A DNA stretch of 64,000 nucleotides from Candidatus Buchananbacteria bacterium (GTDB taxonomy: Bacteria > Patescibacteriota > Patescibacteriia > 2-01-FULL-39-33 > JBAYJR01), in NCBI GenBank assembly GCA_041665005.1, contig JBAYJR010000002.1:25120-89119 (forward strand), in the 5' to 3' direction. The translations under genes and the position numbers were made by a program. Numbering within the stretch: position 1 is the stretch's first letter; every line of letters begins with the position of its first letter. Below the pieces are notes generated by a model that ran no database searches, was not told where the DNA came from, and worked only from the letters and a program-made list of their open reading frames with translations. Below, one piece after another: positions 35,986-46,009 of the stretch.

Positions 35986-37788
35986 ATGATTGAAAAAAAT
36001 ATTAGAAATTTTTGCATTATTGCTCACATTGATCACGGTAAATCTACGCTGGCGGATCGTTTTTTGGAATTAACCAAAACCGTGGCCAAGCGCGATATGA
36101 AGGATCAACTGTTAGATCAAATGGATATTGAGCGGGAGCGGGGAATTACTATTAAGTTGCAGCCGGTGCGGATGAATTATCATTTTAATAATCAAGATTA
36201 CGAATTAAATTTAATTGACACTCCCGGGCATGTCGATTTTACTTACGAAGTCTCTCGCAGTTTAGCGGCGGTAGAAGGGGCAATTTTGTTAGTTGATGCG
36301 ACGCAAGGGGTGCAGGCGCAAACTTTGGCTAATTTATATTTGGCCTTAGAGCAAGATTTAACTATTATTCCGGTGATTAATAAAATTGATTTACCGGCCT
36401 CGCAAGTAGAAAAATGTCGTGGGGAATTAAAAAATTTATTGGGTTGTGCGGATGAGGAAATAATTTTAGCTTCGGGCAAAAGCGGTCAGGGCGTGGAAGA
36501 AATTTTACAAGCCGTGGTCCGGTTGGTGCCACCACCAGTACTAAAGCCAGAGGCCCCGTTGCGAGCTTTAATTTTTGATTCGGTATTTGATGAGTATAAA
36601 GGAGTAATTGCTTTTGTTAGAGTAGTTGATGGTCAAATTAAGGCCGGTGATCAAGTGGCGATGTTTTCTAGTCGCAAAGAATCCGAAGTTTTGGAAGTAG
36701 GAATGTTTAAGCCCAAGTTAAGTCCGGTAGCTTCTTTGCAATCCGGAGAAATTGGTTATGTGGTAACTGGTCTTAAAGAAGTTAGGGAATGCAAAGTGGG
36801 CGACACTATTATTGCTGCTTTAGGAGTAGCACAAAATCAAGTAATTCCTTTACCGGGTTATAAAGAAGTTAAACCAATGGTTTTTGCCGGTATTTTTTGT
36901 CGGGATGGTTCGGATTTTCCAAAATTGCGTGATTCCATTGAAAAACTTAAATCCAATGATGCTTCATTAACTTTTGAGCCGGAAAATTCGCAAGCCTTGG
37001 GGTTTGGCTTTCGTTGCGGATTTTTGGGTTTATTGCATTTGGAAATTTTTCAAGAAAGATTGTTGCGCGAATATGGTTTAGATTTAGTAGTGACCACGCC
37101 TAGCGTGGCCTATAAAATTTATTTAAAAAATCGTCCGGAACCAGAAATTATTTATAATCCCTTACATTGGCCGGATCCGGGAGTAATTAATAGTATTGAA
37201 GAGCCGGTGATGAAATTAGATTTAGTTACGCCTAAAGATTATTTAGGTGGCGTCATGCAGTTGGCGCAAGAAAAAAGAGGAGTTTATTTAAATACTGAGT
37301 ATTTGGCTGAAGATTTGGTTTTGGTTCATTATCAAATTCCTTTGACGGCAATTTTAGTTGATTTTTATGATAAGCTAAAAAGTGTTTCTTCGGGCTATGC
37401 CTCATTGAATTATGAATTTTTTGGTTATCAAAAAGCGGAAGTAATTAAATTAGATATTTTGGTGGCGGAAGATAAAGTAGAAGCACTTTCTAGTATTGTT
37501 TATGAAGACGAGGCTTTTCGTGTTGGCCGAAAAATTTGTGAAACTTTGAAAGAAACTTTGCCTAAGCAACAATTTTTGGTAAAAATTCAAGCGGCCATTG
37601 GCGGTAAAATTGTGGCCTCGGAGCATTTGAGTGCTTTACGTAAAGATGTGACGGCTAAATTATATGGCGGTGATTGGACGCGCCGCGCTAAGTTGTTAGA
37701 AAAACAGAAAAAAGGTAAGAAAAAGATGATGCAACAAGGTCGGGTAGAAATTCCACCCGAAAGTTTTTTGGCGGTGTTAAAAAGATAA
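35986..37788 (+). CDS. lepA: elongation factor 4 (LepA)
   Basis: IRNFCIIAHIDHGKST G1 motif, DTPGHVDF, NKIDL, and the LepA-specific C-terminal domain. Confidence 0.97.
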   Translation: MIEKNIRNFCIIAHIDHGKSTLADRFLELTKTVAKRDMKDQLLDQMDIERERGITIKLQPVRMNYHFNNQDYELNLIDTPGHVDFTYEVSRSLAAVEGAILLVDATQGVQAQTLANLYLALEQDLTIIPVINKIDLPASQVEKCRGELKNLLGCADEEIILASGKSGQGVEEILQAVVRLVPPPVLKPEAPLRALIFDSVFDEYKGVIAFVRVVDGQIKAGDQVAMFSSRKESEVLEVGMFKPKLSPVASLQSGEIGYVVTGLKEVRECKVGDTIIAALGVAQNQVIPLPGYKEVKPMVFAGIFCRDGSDFPKLRDSIEKLKSNDASLTFEPENSQALGFGFRCGFLGLLHLEIFQERLLREYGLDLVVTTPSVAYKIYLKNRPEPEIIYNPLHWPDPGVINSIEEPVMKLDLVTPKDYLGGVMQLAQEKRGVYLNTEYLAEDLVLVHYQIPLTAILVDFYDKLKSVSSGYASLNYEFFGYQKAEVIKLDILVAEDKVEALSSIVYEDEAFRVGRKICETLKETLPKQQFLVKIQAAIGGKIVASEHLSALRKDVTAKLYGGDWTRRAKLLEKQKKGKKKMMQQGRVEIPPESFLAVLKR

Positions 37789-37852
37789 CGGCTTGCTAAA
37801 AAATTTAAAATAGCTTAAACTAAGGGCAATAAATTTAAGGAGGGCAGTGATT

Positions 37853-38014
37853 ATGAAGAGGTGCTTAATAAACACTCCAGGCGGAGTGCTAACAATTTGG
37901 GTTTTTGCCAAAGGGACTTTTGGTAGTGTTAAAACCATCGACAGTTGCCCGGTAGCAAGACCAACAACCTTCTGCCAGGATTTATGGCGGTTGATAAAAG
38001 ATTCGTTTAAGTGA
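37853..38014 (+). CDS. small Cys-containing protein (~53 aa), hypothetical
   Basis: AAGGAGG 8 nt upstream of the ATG, and a terminator hairpin cccgtaaaaatagtatttacggg followed by a T-run at 38041..38070. Confidence 0.4.
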   Translation: MKRCLINTPGGVLTIWVFAKGTFGSVKTIDSCPVARPTTFCQDLWRLIKDSFK

Positions 38015-38069
38015 TAGTTAGTTTGCAGTTCGTCAGTTTTCCCGTAAAAATAGTATTTACGGGATTTTT

Positions 38070-38098
38070 TTGACATTTTTTAACCCAGGTTGTAAGAT
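38070..38098 (+). promoter_or_regulatory. promoter TTGACA-N17-TAAGAT, duplicated at 39097..39125
   Basis: ttgacattttttaacccaggttgtaagat compared with ttgacatttttcaacctaggttataagat, 25/29 identical. Each is followed by an aggaggtgtt RBS at the same spacing from the start codon. Confidence 0.6.
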
Positions 38099-38129
38099 AG
38101 GGGAAATTAAAAAAAAGGGAGGTGTTACC

Positions 38130-39053
38130 GTGAGCAAACAAAAAATGAATCCACGTGTATTGCACTTAAGTGTTAATTCCATCATTCAGTTTATTGCAAA
38201 ATCTAAACTGGCCGATCGGGGCTATTCAAAAATCTCATCTCAAAATTTGTTAAAAAGCATTGATTGGGATCTGGACCTTGGGAACGTTAAAAAAATACTT
38301 TCTTTGGGTCAGTGTCAACTCGCTAGAGAAAGCACTTCTGTACTAAACTTTCTGATTTTGAATTTAGACAGAGTTGAATATTTTCGGAAAGAAGAAATTT
38401 TGAAAATATCAAAATGGCTAAAAAATAGCAGAAAGAACAGAGGTATTTTAAAAGAGTTTTTGAAAGATGACCAAGTTAGCAGTAGAGAGGGTTTTAATTT
38501 GTCTATAACTCGTATTGCAGAAATGCTAACCTTGATAAAGGTTCTAGACATCGCTGTTGGTGAGAAGATGATACAAATAGTAGAAGGAACAAAATTAGCA
38601 GCCAAAAAAGTAATCGTCTTCGATCGTCCCCAATGCAGATCACCGTTAACCTGGAATGAAGCCTTTGATGTGTTAGCGAAGGTTAAGTTAATTGATCGGG
38701 TTAGAATGAGCCTTCCCTTAAAACTGGAAAAAAAGATTAATCCGTCTAAGACGAGCACCAAAAAGGTTATCAACATGGTAATCGCTCAAACTTCTCGTAG
38801 CAGATCTTCTGTTGAGAGTGTGGTGATTTTTGCTACACCCAAAGTAAAATATTATGCGAGTGATCGCATTAAAAAGGTAAAGGATTATTTGCAGAAAAAC
38901 AAAACTTTGGAGTTTGAGTTAAAGTGTCTAACGGGAGACAAAAAGATGCCTGAGTCCTTTGAGCAATTAGCCGAGATTTTAGTGGCCATGGCTATGGCGT
39001 ATCTGGCTCATTATCAAGGCCTGATTATTTTAGAGTGGCACGCAGAGAATTAG
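38130..39053 (+). CDS. hypothetical protein, paralogue A (GTG start); no recognisable domain
   Basis: GGAGGTG followed by 5 nt and then GTG, the same geometry as paralogue B. The segment LKEFLKDDQVSSREGFNLSITRIAEMLTLIKVLDIAVGE aligns with paralogue B. The ORF track starts earlier, at 38070. Confidence 0.55.
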   Translation: MSKQKMNPRVLHLSVNSIIQFIAKSKLADRGYSKISSQNLLKSIDWDLDLGNVKKILSLGQCQLARESTSVLNFLILNLDRVEYFRKEEILKISKWLKNSRKNRGILKEFLKDDQVSSREGFNLSITRIAEMLTLIKVLDIAVGEKMIQIVEGTKLAAKKVIVFDRPQCRSPLTWNEAFDVLAKVKLIDRVRMSLPLKLEKKINPSKTSTKKVINMVIAQTSRSRSSVESVVIFATPKVKYYASDRIKKVKDYLQKNKTLEFELKCLTGDKKMPESFEQLAEILVAMAMAYLAHYQGLIILEWHAEN

Positions 39054-39057
39054 CTTA

Positions 39058-39095
39058 GACTACCCCCAAAAGTAATTTAATTTGGGGGTTTTTTA
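39058..39095 (+). terminator. rho-independent terminator
   Basis: cccccaaa-agtaatttaa-tttggggg followed by T6. Confidence 0.7.
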
Positions 39096-39154
39096 TTTGA
39101 CATTTTTCAACCTAGGTTATAAGATGGGTAAAACTACAAAAAGGAGGTGTTGTC

Positions 39155-39667
39155 ATGAAAAAACAGGAAATTAAAAAACCGGCAAAATATCCGCAGTTTA
39201 TCCAATTGTTGCACTTTCAATCGGCGGTTAAATTGTTTATTCAATTTAAGTTAGTTGATAACTTTGATAGTTTAAAAGTTATCTCTCAGGAATTGTTAGA
39301 AATAATTAAACCGAAACCCGAGAGCGTCAGGCTGGTTGTTTCGCTAACCAGGTGCTCAATTAATCGTCCCCAAACATCGTTCTTCGGTTTTGCTATTTTA
39401 GCCGCGGGCAAAATTAATTCGTACGAGAAGGATATGATTAGCGAAGTGGCCAGCTATTTAGCTAAAGACAAAGAGCTGAAAATAACTCTTAAGAAGTTTT
39501 TGAAAGAGGACAGTTCCCAGGAAAGTTTGTCCAGGGCATTTAACCGCATTGCGAGTTTTATGATAACAATTAGAATCATGGAAATGTCGGTTGAGCAAGG
39601 AATTGCCACTTGTTCAATTGATCCAAAAAATGGCAGAATGATTTGCTTTAACCCCCAGGAAGTTTAA
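39155..39667 (+). CDS. hypothetical protein, paralogue B of 38130..39053
   Basis: The segment LKKFLKEDSSQESLSRAFNRIASFMITIRIMEMSVEQG aligns with paralogue A. Terminator hairpin at 39652..39686. Confidence 0.55.
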   Translation: MKKQEIKKPAKYPQFIQLLHFQSAVKLFIQFKLVDNFDSLKVISQELLEIIKPKPESVRLVVSLTRCSINRPQTSFFGFAILAAGKINSYEKDMISEVASYLAKDKELKITLKKFLKEDSSQESLSRAFNRIASFMITIRIMEMSVEQGIATCSIDPKNGRMICFNPQEV

Positions 39668-39792
39668 CTGGGGTTTTTATTTTTGTATTAATTTGATTTG
39701 CTCTTGACATTTATTGTATTTCTGTTATAATGTATTTGCTTAAGAAAGACACAAAAGCGGCCAAAGTGCGCTTTTTTATTTATTTTACTTAA

Positions 39793-41613
39793 ATGAGCTT
39801 AAATAACATTAGAAACATTGCGATCATTGCTCACGTTGACCACGGCAAGACTACGCTGGTGGATGCTTTGTTGCGTCAATCTAAAACCTACTTATCCAAA
39901 GAATTACAAGGCTCTGATTTGATTATGGATAGTAATGATTTGGAGCGCGAGCGCGGTATTACTATTTTTTCTAAAAATGCTTCGGTGGTTTATGATGGCA
40001 TTAAAATTAATATTATTGATACTCCCGGGCACGCCGATTTTGGTGGGGAAGTAGAACGGGTCTTGAATATGGCCGACGGCTGTTTGTTATTAGTGGATGC
40101 CAAAGAAGGGCCCATGCCTCAGACTCGGTTTGTTTTAAAAAAGGCTTTGCAGCAAAAATTAAGAATTATTGTGGTGATTAATAAAATTGATAAACCGGAC
40201 GCTAGATCACACTACGCCTTGGACAAAACTTTTGAATTGTTTATGGAATTAGGGGCGGATGATAAAACTTTAGATTTTCCGGTTTTATATGCGGCCGCCA
40301 AACAAGGTAAGGCGGGTTTGCAAGAAAAATTAGCGGACATGACAGATGTGACGCCAATTTTTGATACGATTATTAAAGAAGTACCGCCACCTAGTGGTGA
40401 TGATGATTTGCCGTTGCAAATAATGATTAATACGGTCGCGGGTGATAATTTTAAGGGTCGGATTGCCATTGGTCGCATTTACAATGGTCAAATTAAAGCC
40501 GGTCAGGAAGTAATGCATATTAATCGTTCGGGTCAGATGAATAAATTTAGAATTATTTCGTTAATGACTTTTACGGGTTTAGCTCGGCAAGAAACTCCTT
40601 TTGCTAAAGCGGGCGACATTGTGGCAATTGCCGGTATTCCGGAAGTAACCGTCGGTGAAACTTTGGCTGATGTGCAAAATCCGATTGCTTTACCATTATT
40701 ACATATTGATGAGCCAACCGTTAAAATGAATTTTTTAGTTAATGATTCGCCGTTTACCGGTCGCGAAGGTCAATATTCTACTTCCCGCCAAATTCGCGAA
40801 CGTTTATTTAAAGAATTAGAAACCGACGTGGCTTTGCAGGTAGTGGATAATCCAGCCGGTGGCTGGGAAGTGGCCGGTCGGGGTGAATTACATTTGGCAA
40901 TTTTGATTGAAAGATTGCGTCGTGAAGGTTTTGAATTTCAAGTTTCGCGGCCACAGGTGATTGAAAAAGAAGTTAATGGTAAGAAGATTGTGCCATTTGA
41001 AAGTGTCTTTATTGAAGTGACCGACGATTTTGCGGGAATTGTTATTCAAAAATTAAGTGGCCGGCGCGGAGAATTAAGAAACATGCACAGCGACGGTAAT
41101 ATTACTCACTTAGAGTTTAACATTCCCACGCGTGGATTGTTTGGTTATCGCTCAGAGTTTTTAACCGACACTCGTGGTTTGGGTATTATGAATTTTATCT
41201 TTTTGGATTATTTGCCCGACCCTGGTAATTGGAAGGATCGTGAACAAGGTTCGTTAGTCGTATTTGAAGACGGCATTTCTAACAACTATGGTTTAGTAAA
41301 TATTCAGGATCGTGGCACTTTATTTATTGGTTCGGCGGTTTCGGTTTATAAGGGCCAAGTGATTGGTCAAAATTCTCGGGCCGAAGATATTTGGGTTAAT
41401 GTTTGTAAGGCCAAACAATTATCCAACATGCGTTCTAAGGGTGATGGTGTTTCCGAAGCCTTAAACACCCCGCACGTTATGGACTTAGAAGATGCTTTAG
41501 AATATATTAATGATGAAGAATTGGTTGAGGTAACTCCACAAAATATTCGGATTCGCAAGAAGGTTTTGGATTTAAACAAAGCTAAACGGGAATCTAAAGG
41601 GATTAAGGAATAA
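39793..41613 (+). CDS. typA: translational GTPase TypA/BipA
   Basis: [31 protein letters not shown] and NKIDKP motifs, and a 606-aa length matching BipA. Confidence 0.95.
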   Translation: MSLNNIRNIAIIAHVDHGKTTLVDALLRQSKTYLSKELQGSDLIMDSNDLERERGITIFSKNASVVYDGIKINIIDTPGHADFGGEVERVLNMADGCLLLVDAKEGPMPQTRFVLKKALQQKLRIIVVINKIDKPDARSHYALDKTFELFMELGADDKTLDFPVLYAAAKQGKAGLQEKLADMTDVTPIFDTIIKEVPPPSGDDDLPLQIMINTVAGDNFKGRIAIGRIYNGQIKAGQEVMHINRSGQMNKFRIISLMTFTGLARQETPFAKAGDIVAIAGIPEVTVGETLADVQNPIALPLLHIDEPTVKMNFLVNDSPFTGREGQYSTSRQIRERLFKELETDVALQVVDNPAGGWEVAGRGELHLAILIERLRREGFEFQVSRPQVIEKEVNGKKIVPFESVFIEVTDDFAGIVIQKLSGRRGELRNMHSDGNITHLEFNIPTRGLFGYRSEFLTDTRGLGIMNFIFLDYLPDPGNWKDREQGSLVVFEDGISNNYGLVNIQDRGTLFIGSAVSVYKGQVIGQNSRAEDIWVNVCKAKQLSNMRSKGDGVSEALNTPHVMDLEDALEYINDEELVEVTPQNIRIRKKVLDLNKAKRESKGIKE

Positions 41614-41815
41614 ATTTTTAAGCTTAAATAAAAAAACGCCACCAGTTTAGCTGGGGGTGTTTTTTTGGTTTTTTATTGGCCCAGCAAAGGATAAATAGTC
41701 CACAAAACCATCATAATCGCCACGAAGGCTGAAACGATGATCCAAAGAATGCGATTGGTTTTTCTATTCATAGTAATTATATTTTAGCATAACTAGCTTA
41801 TTTTAAAAACCGCCC

Positions 41816-42022
41816 TTAGCTTAAAATAATCTCAGGGCGGTCAGCGATAAAACGGATAATTTTTTTGACAACCACCGGCTGGCCATTGGTTAGTTGGGTT
41901 ATATCAACTCGGTGGCCATAATTTAGTGGTTCCTGACAAGTTTGGCAAATGTCGGCTTCAAAGTCGTTGGCATGCCCATGGTCGCAGTATTTTATGGGTA
42001 TTTGGTGTAGATATTCTTCCAT
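41816..42022 (-). CDS. small putative zinc-ribbon protein (68 aa)
   Basis: RBS aaggagg on the minus strand. CxH...CxxC cysteine/histidine pattern. Confidence 0.45.
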   Translation of the reverse strand: MEEYLHQIPIKYCDHGHANDFEADICQTCQEPLNYGHRVDITQLTNGQPVVVKKIIRFIADRPEIILS

Positions 42023-42105
42023 TAGCTAATTCCTCCTTTGGCCGTATTTTAGGCGTTATTTTAATTTTTGTCAAAAAGCTTTTGATGTGATAAAATTACT
42101 GCCGT

Positions 42106-43833
42106 ATGACCCAAAAAATTTGGCAAATTAAGCCCAAGGTTCCAGCTGACGTGGTTGAGAAATTTCCCGAAATTCAACCTTTGGTTTTACAGTTATTATA
42201 TAATCGTGGCTTAGTCACCACGGAACAAATTGAAGAATTTTTAAATCCCGATTATACGGAGGATTTACATGATCCTTTTTTATTTGCCGACGCCCTAAAA
42301 GCAGTCAAACGTATTTTAGCGGCTAAAACTAAAAAGGAAAAAGTAGTAGTTTATGGTGATTATGACGCGGACGGTGTTTCGGCCAGTGCGGTAATTATTA
42401 GTTTGTTGGATCAATTAGGTATTAGTAATGATGTTTATATTCCTTATCGCGATATTGAAGGCTATGGTTTAAATGAGGAAGCGGTCAGAGGAATTGCCAC
42501 GGCTGGCGCTAAATTGGTTATTACCGTTGATTGTGGTATTACCAATAATAATGAAGTGGATATTTTACAAGCGCAGGGGGTAGATGTAATTATTACAGAT
42601 CATCATCAACCTCCGCCAAATTTGCCGCGGGCTTTGGCCATTTTAAATCCTAATGTTAAAACCGAAAAATATCCTTATCAGGGTTTGTCCGGCGCTGGAG
42701 TGGCTTTTAAATTAGTCCAAGCGGTTTTAAAATATTTAAAAGAACAAAATGATAGTTTACTACCACCCAAAGGTTGGGAAAAATGGTTGTTAGATTTAGT
42801 AGCCATTGCTACGATTAGCGATATGTGTCCTTTGGTTGGAGAAAATCGCACCTTGGTGCGTTGGGGCACAATTGTTCTGCAAAAAAGTAAACGGCTTGGT
42901 TTGCAGGAATTGGTTAAATTAATGGGCAATGATTTAAAAAAATTAGAGGTTTGGTCGGTGGCTTGGCAAATTGGTCCGCGGCTTAACGCGGCTGGACGGT
43001 TAAACCACGCTAGCACGGCTTACCGTTTGTTGATTACTAAAGATTTAGCCGAAGCAAAAAAATTAGCTTTAGAATTAGAAGAAACTAATCGCGAACGGCA
43101 AAAGTTAACTGATAAAATGGCGGAAGAGGCCAAGGCGATGCTTGGCGAGGTGGATGACAGTCGGCGGATTTTGTTGTTGGTTAAAGATGATTGGCCGTTG
43201 GGTTTGGTAGGTTTAATTGCTGGGCGGTTGTCAGATCAATATAATCGGCCCAGTTTAGTGGCCTGTAAAAATCACGAAGGAAATTATGTTGGTTCGGGTC
43301 GCAGTATTACCGGTTTTAATTTAATTCAAGCCATTCAAGAATGCAGTGAATTATTATTGCACGCCGGAGGCCACAGTCAGGCGGCGGGTTTTACGGTAGC
43401 GGATAAATTTAAGTTGGAAGAATTTTTTGCAAAATTGGACAGCTTAACTCAAAAACAAATTAAACCCGAACAGATGCGGGCGGTAATTGAAGTGGAAATG
43501 GAAGTAGGTTTGGATAAAATTGATTGGGCTTTGTGGGAAGAAATTTCTAGTTTTGCGCCGTTTGGTTACGCCAATCCTCAGCCAGTTTTATTAGCTAGAG
43601 GTTTAAAAATAGAAAGTTTTCAGACTATCGGTAAAGATAACAAACATTTACGATTGTTGGTTAGCCACGGTAGTCAAAAAATCCATAAAACCATTGGTTT
43701 TAGTTTAGCCAAGCAAGCGGCAGGTTTTAAAGTCGGGGATAAAGTTGATTTGGTTTTTGAGTTGGGGGTTAATGAATGGAATGGCAATCGGGAGTTGCAA
43801 TTAAAAATTGTAGATTTTTTGGCTAGTAGCTAA
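42106..43833 (+). CDS. recJ: single-stranded-DNA-specific exonuclease RecJ
   Basis: DHH motifs VYGDYDADGVSA and ITDHH, a DHHA1 domain, and a C-terminal OB fold. Confidence 0.9.
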   Translation: MTQKIWQIKPKVPADVVEKFPEIQPLVLQLLYNRGLVTTEQIEEFLNPDYTEDLHDPFLFADALKAVKRILAAKTKKEKVVVYGDYDADGVSASAVIISLLDQLGISNDVYIPYRDIEGYGLNEEAVRGIATAGAKLVITVDCGITNNNEVDILQAQGVDVIITDHHQPPPNLPRALAILNPNVKTEKYPYQGLSGAGVAFKLVQAVLKYLKEQNDSLLPPKGWEKWLLDLVAIATISDMCPLVGENRTLVRWGTIVLQKSKRLGLQELVKLMGNDLKKLEVWSVAWQIGPRLNAAGRLNHASTAYRLLITKDLAEAKKLALELEETNRERQKLTDKMAEEAKAMLGEVDDSRRILLLVKDDWPLGLVGLIAGRLSDQYNRPSLVACKNHEGNYVGSGRSITGFNLIQAIQECSELLLHAGGHSQAAGFTVADKFKLEEFFAKLDSLTQKQIKPEQMRAVIEVEMEVGLDKIDWALWEEISSFAPFGYANPQPVLLARGLKIESFQTIGKDNKHLRLLVSHGSQKIHKTIGFSLAKQAAGFKVGDKVDLVFELGVNEWNGNRELQLKIVDFLASS

Positions 43834-43849
43834 AAAGTAAGTTTAATTT

Positions 43850-44917
43850 ATGCCAAACATAGAAAATGATTGTTTAAAACTTGCTCAAATACTTTTGGAA
43901 CTAAAAAACCTTAAGTCAGAATTTACTGTGGCCTATCAAGAGGCCTTGGTTAGTCATGATTTGACTAGACCTAGAGAGTTAAAAAAACAGCTTAAGATTA
44001 AATTAGTAGAAATTAATAGCGAGGTTGCAAAATTAGAAGAAAAGACGGATCCTTATAATATAGGCTTAAGAAGGCGCTTGGCCAAAGAGAATGGTTTTAC
44101 ATATGTTAGTAATTTTTACAATGGTTCGGCGAGAGTTGCCAAAGGTCACAAGCGGTTTTGTATTGATCGTGCTGGTAAAGAGGTGGACCCGGAGAATACA
44201 AGCGGTAATGCGCATGATTATTTTGAGGATATCGCGGTAGTTAAAAAAGATGAAAAATATTTTTATGTTAATTCTTCTGGTCAGAAAATCAATGCTGAAA
44301 AATATCAGACGGCTTGTAATTTTTCCGAAGGTCTAGCTGCGGTTGTTAAAGACGAAAAACATTTTTTTATTAATCGAGCCGGCCGTAAAATTAGCTCAAA
44401 AATGTATGATTCTGCCCTTAGTTTTTCCGAAGGCTTGGCCGCTGTCGAAGAAGACAAAAAATGGTTTTATATTGATTATACTGGTAAAGATTTATTTTCT
44501 GAAAGATACGATGACGCCGGAATTTTTCATGAAGGCTTGGCCTGTGTTAAAAAAAATAATAAATATTTTTTTATAAATAAAGCTGGTCTATTGGCTATTC
44601 CAGAAAGATACGATAAGGCCTATAGTTTTTCGGCAGGAATCGCCTTAGTTAAAAAAGATGATAAGTGGTTTTATATTGATTGTGCTGGGCAGGAGATTGA
44701 TTCAAGGGGATATAAACCTGTAGAAAATTTTTGTCGGGGTTTTGCTTGGGTTAGCCAAAACGGAAAATATCTTGTTGTTAATACTGCTTTTGAGCAGATT
44801 AGTCCAACTAAATATGATTCTTTTAGAATTATAGAACAGGGGTTAGGCTGGGTTAAAAAAGATGGAAAATCTTTTTATGTTGATTATCGCGGTCAAAAAA
44901 TGTTTGACGCTGAGTAA
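43850..44917 (+). CDS. WG-repeat (KWG-type beta-propeller-like repeat) protein with a shared N-terminal helical module; tandem paralogue 1
   Basis: N-terminal MPNIENDCLKLAQILLELKNLKSEF module, then about 9 repeats of GLAxVKKDxKYFYIxxxGKxIxxEKYDxAxxFSEGLA. Confidence 0.7.
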   Translation: MPNIENDCLKLAQILLELKNLKSEFTVAYQEALVSHDLTRPRELKKQLKIKLVEINSEVAKLEEKTDPYNIGLRRRLAKENGFTYVSNFYNGSARVAKGHKRFCIDRAGKEVDPENTSGNAHDYFEDIAVVKKDEKYFYVNSSGQKINAEKYQTACNFSEGLAAVVKDEKHFFINRAGRKISSKMYDSALSFSEGLAAVEEDKKWFYIDYTGKDLFSERYDDAGIFHEGLACVKKNNKYFFINKAGLLAIPERYDKAYSFSAGIALVKKDDKWFYIDCAGQEIDSRGYKPVENFCRGFAWVSQNGKYLVVNTAFEQISPTKYDSFRIIEQGLGWVKKDGKSFYVDYRGQKMFDAE

Positions 44918-44926
44918 TTTTTATCT

Positions 44927-46000
44927 ATGCCAAATATAAAAACCAACTGCCAAGAACTTACTAACTTACTTTTGGCATTAAAAAACCTTAAGCCTGAGTT
45001 TGATTTGGCCTATCAAGAAGCCCTAGTTAGTCGTGACCTAACTAAGCTTAGAGAGTCCAAGAAGCAAATTGAAGGCAAAATAAAAGAACTAGAGGCCAAA
45101 CTTGACCCTTATAACATTGAACTACGAAAAAAACTAGCTGAAGAAAGCGGGTTTGACTTTGTTAATAATTTTCATGATGGTTGGGCTAAAGTTAGAAAGG
45201 ATGGAGAATATTTTTATGTTAATCAAGTCGGTAAAGCAATTAATTCCGAAAAATATGATGGTGCTGATGATTTTTCGGAAGGCCTAGCCTGGGTACATAT
45301 AAAGCACGAATATTTTTATATAGACCGTACCGGCGAAAGAACTAACTCGGAAACATATAGTAATGCTGGAACTTTTCATGAGGGCCTAGCTTGGATTGGA
45401 AAAAACGGAAAATACTTTTACATCAACCCAAAGGGTAAAATAGCGATTTCAGAAAAATATGACGACGCTGAAGATTTTTCTGAAGGTCTGGCCTCGGTTG
45501 CAAAAAATTTGCCAAAAAAGCTTGCCCATAGGCCTACCTATACCTATGTGTACATTAACCGCACTGGTAAAAGAATTAACTCGGAAACATATGATGCTGC
45601 TGGAATTTTTCATGAAGGCCTAGCCTGGGTTGAAAAAGACAGAGAATTTTTTTGTATCGACCACGCCGGTAAAACAATTATTTCGGAAAAATACGACGAA
45701 GTCGGGGATTTTTTTGACGGTTTGGCTCGAGTTAAAAAAGATGGAGAACACTTTTATATAGACCGTACCGGTAAAATCGTTATCTCAGCAAAATATGATG
45801 AAGCTGGAGATTTTTCGGAAGGCCTGGCTTTAGTTAAAAAAGATGGAGAATACTTTTATATAGACCGTGCCGGTAAAATGGCTATTTCGGAAAAATACGA
45901 CGACGCCGGAGATTTTTTTGAAGGCTTAGCTTTGGTTCAAAAAAACAACGAATACTACTACATTGATCATGCTGGTCGCAAAATATTTGACACGGAATAA
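44927..46000 (+). CDS. WG-repeat protein with shared N-terminal module; tandem paralogue 2
   Basis: Same architecture. Its 5' end is about 90% identical at the nucleotide level to paralogue 3. Confidence 0.7.
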   Translation: MPNIKTNCQELTNLLLALKNLKPEFDLAYQEALVSRDLTKLRESKKQIEGKIKELEAKLDPYNIELRKKLAEESGFDFVNNFHDGWAKVRKDGEYFYVNQVGKAINSEKYDGADDFSEGLAWVHIKHEYFYIDRTGERTNSETYSNAGTFHEGLAWIGKNGKYFYINPKGKIAISEKYDDAEDFSEGLASVAKNLPKKLAHRPTYTYVYINRTGKRINSETYDAAGIFHEGLAWVEKDREFFCIDHAGKTIISEKYDEVGDFFDGLARVKKDGEHFYIDRTGKIVISAKYDEAGDFSEGLALVKKDGEYFYIDRAGKMAISEKYDDAGDFFEGLALVQKNNEYYYIDHAGRKIFDTE

Positions 46001-46009
46001 TTTTTATTT

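Noticed and set aside
37777-38076. 99-aa minus-strand ORF overlapping the lepA end and the downstream spacer
   Set aside because: It is antisense to a + strand small ORF that has AAGGAGG and a terminator, and it runs through the + strand terminator hairpin and promoter. No start signals.
36243-43016. Antisense ORFs inside lepA (36243..36479), typA (40212..40478, 40330..40518) and recJ (42678..43016)
   Set aside because: They are embedded in strongly supported conserved genes on the opposite strand, with no independent signals.
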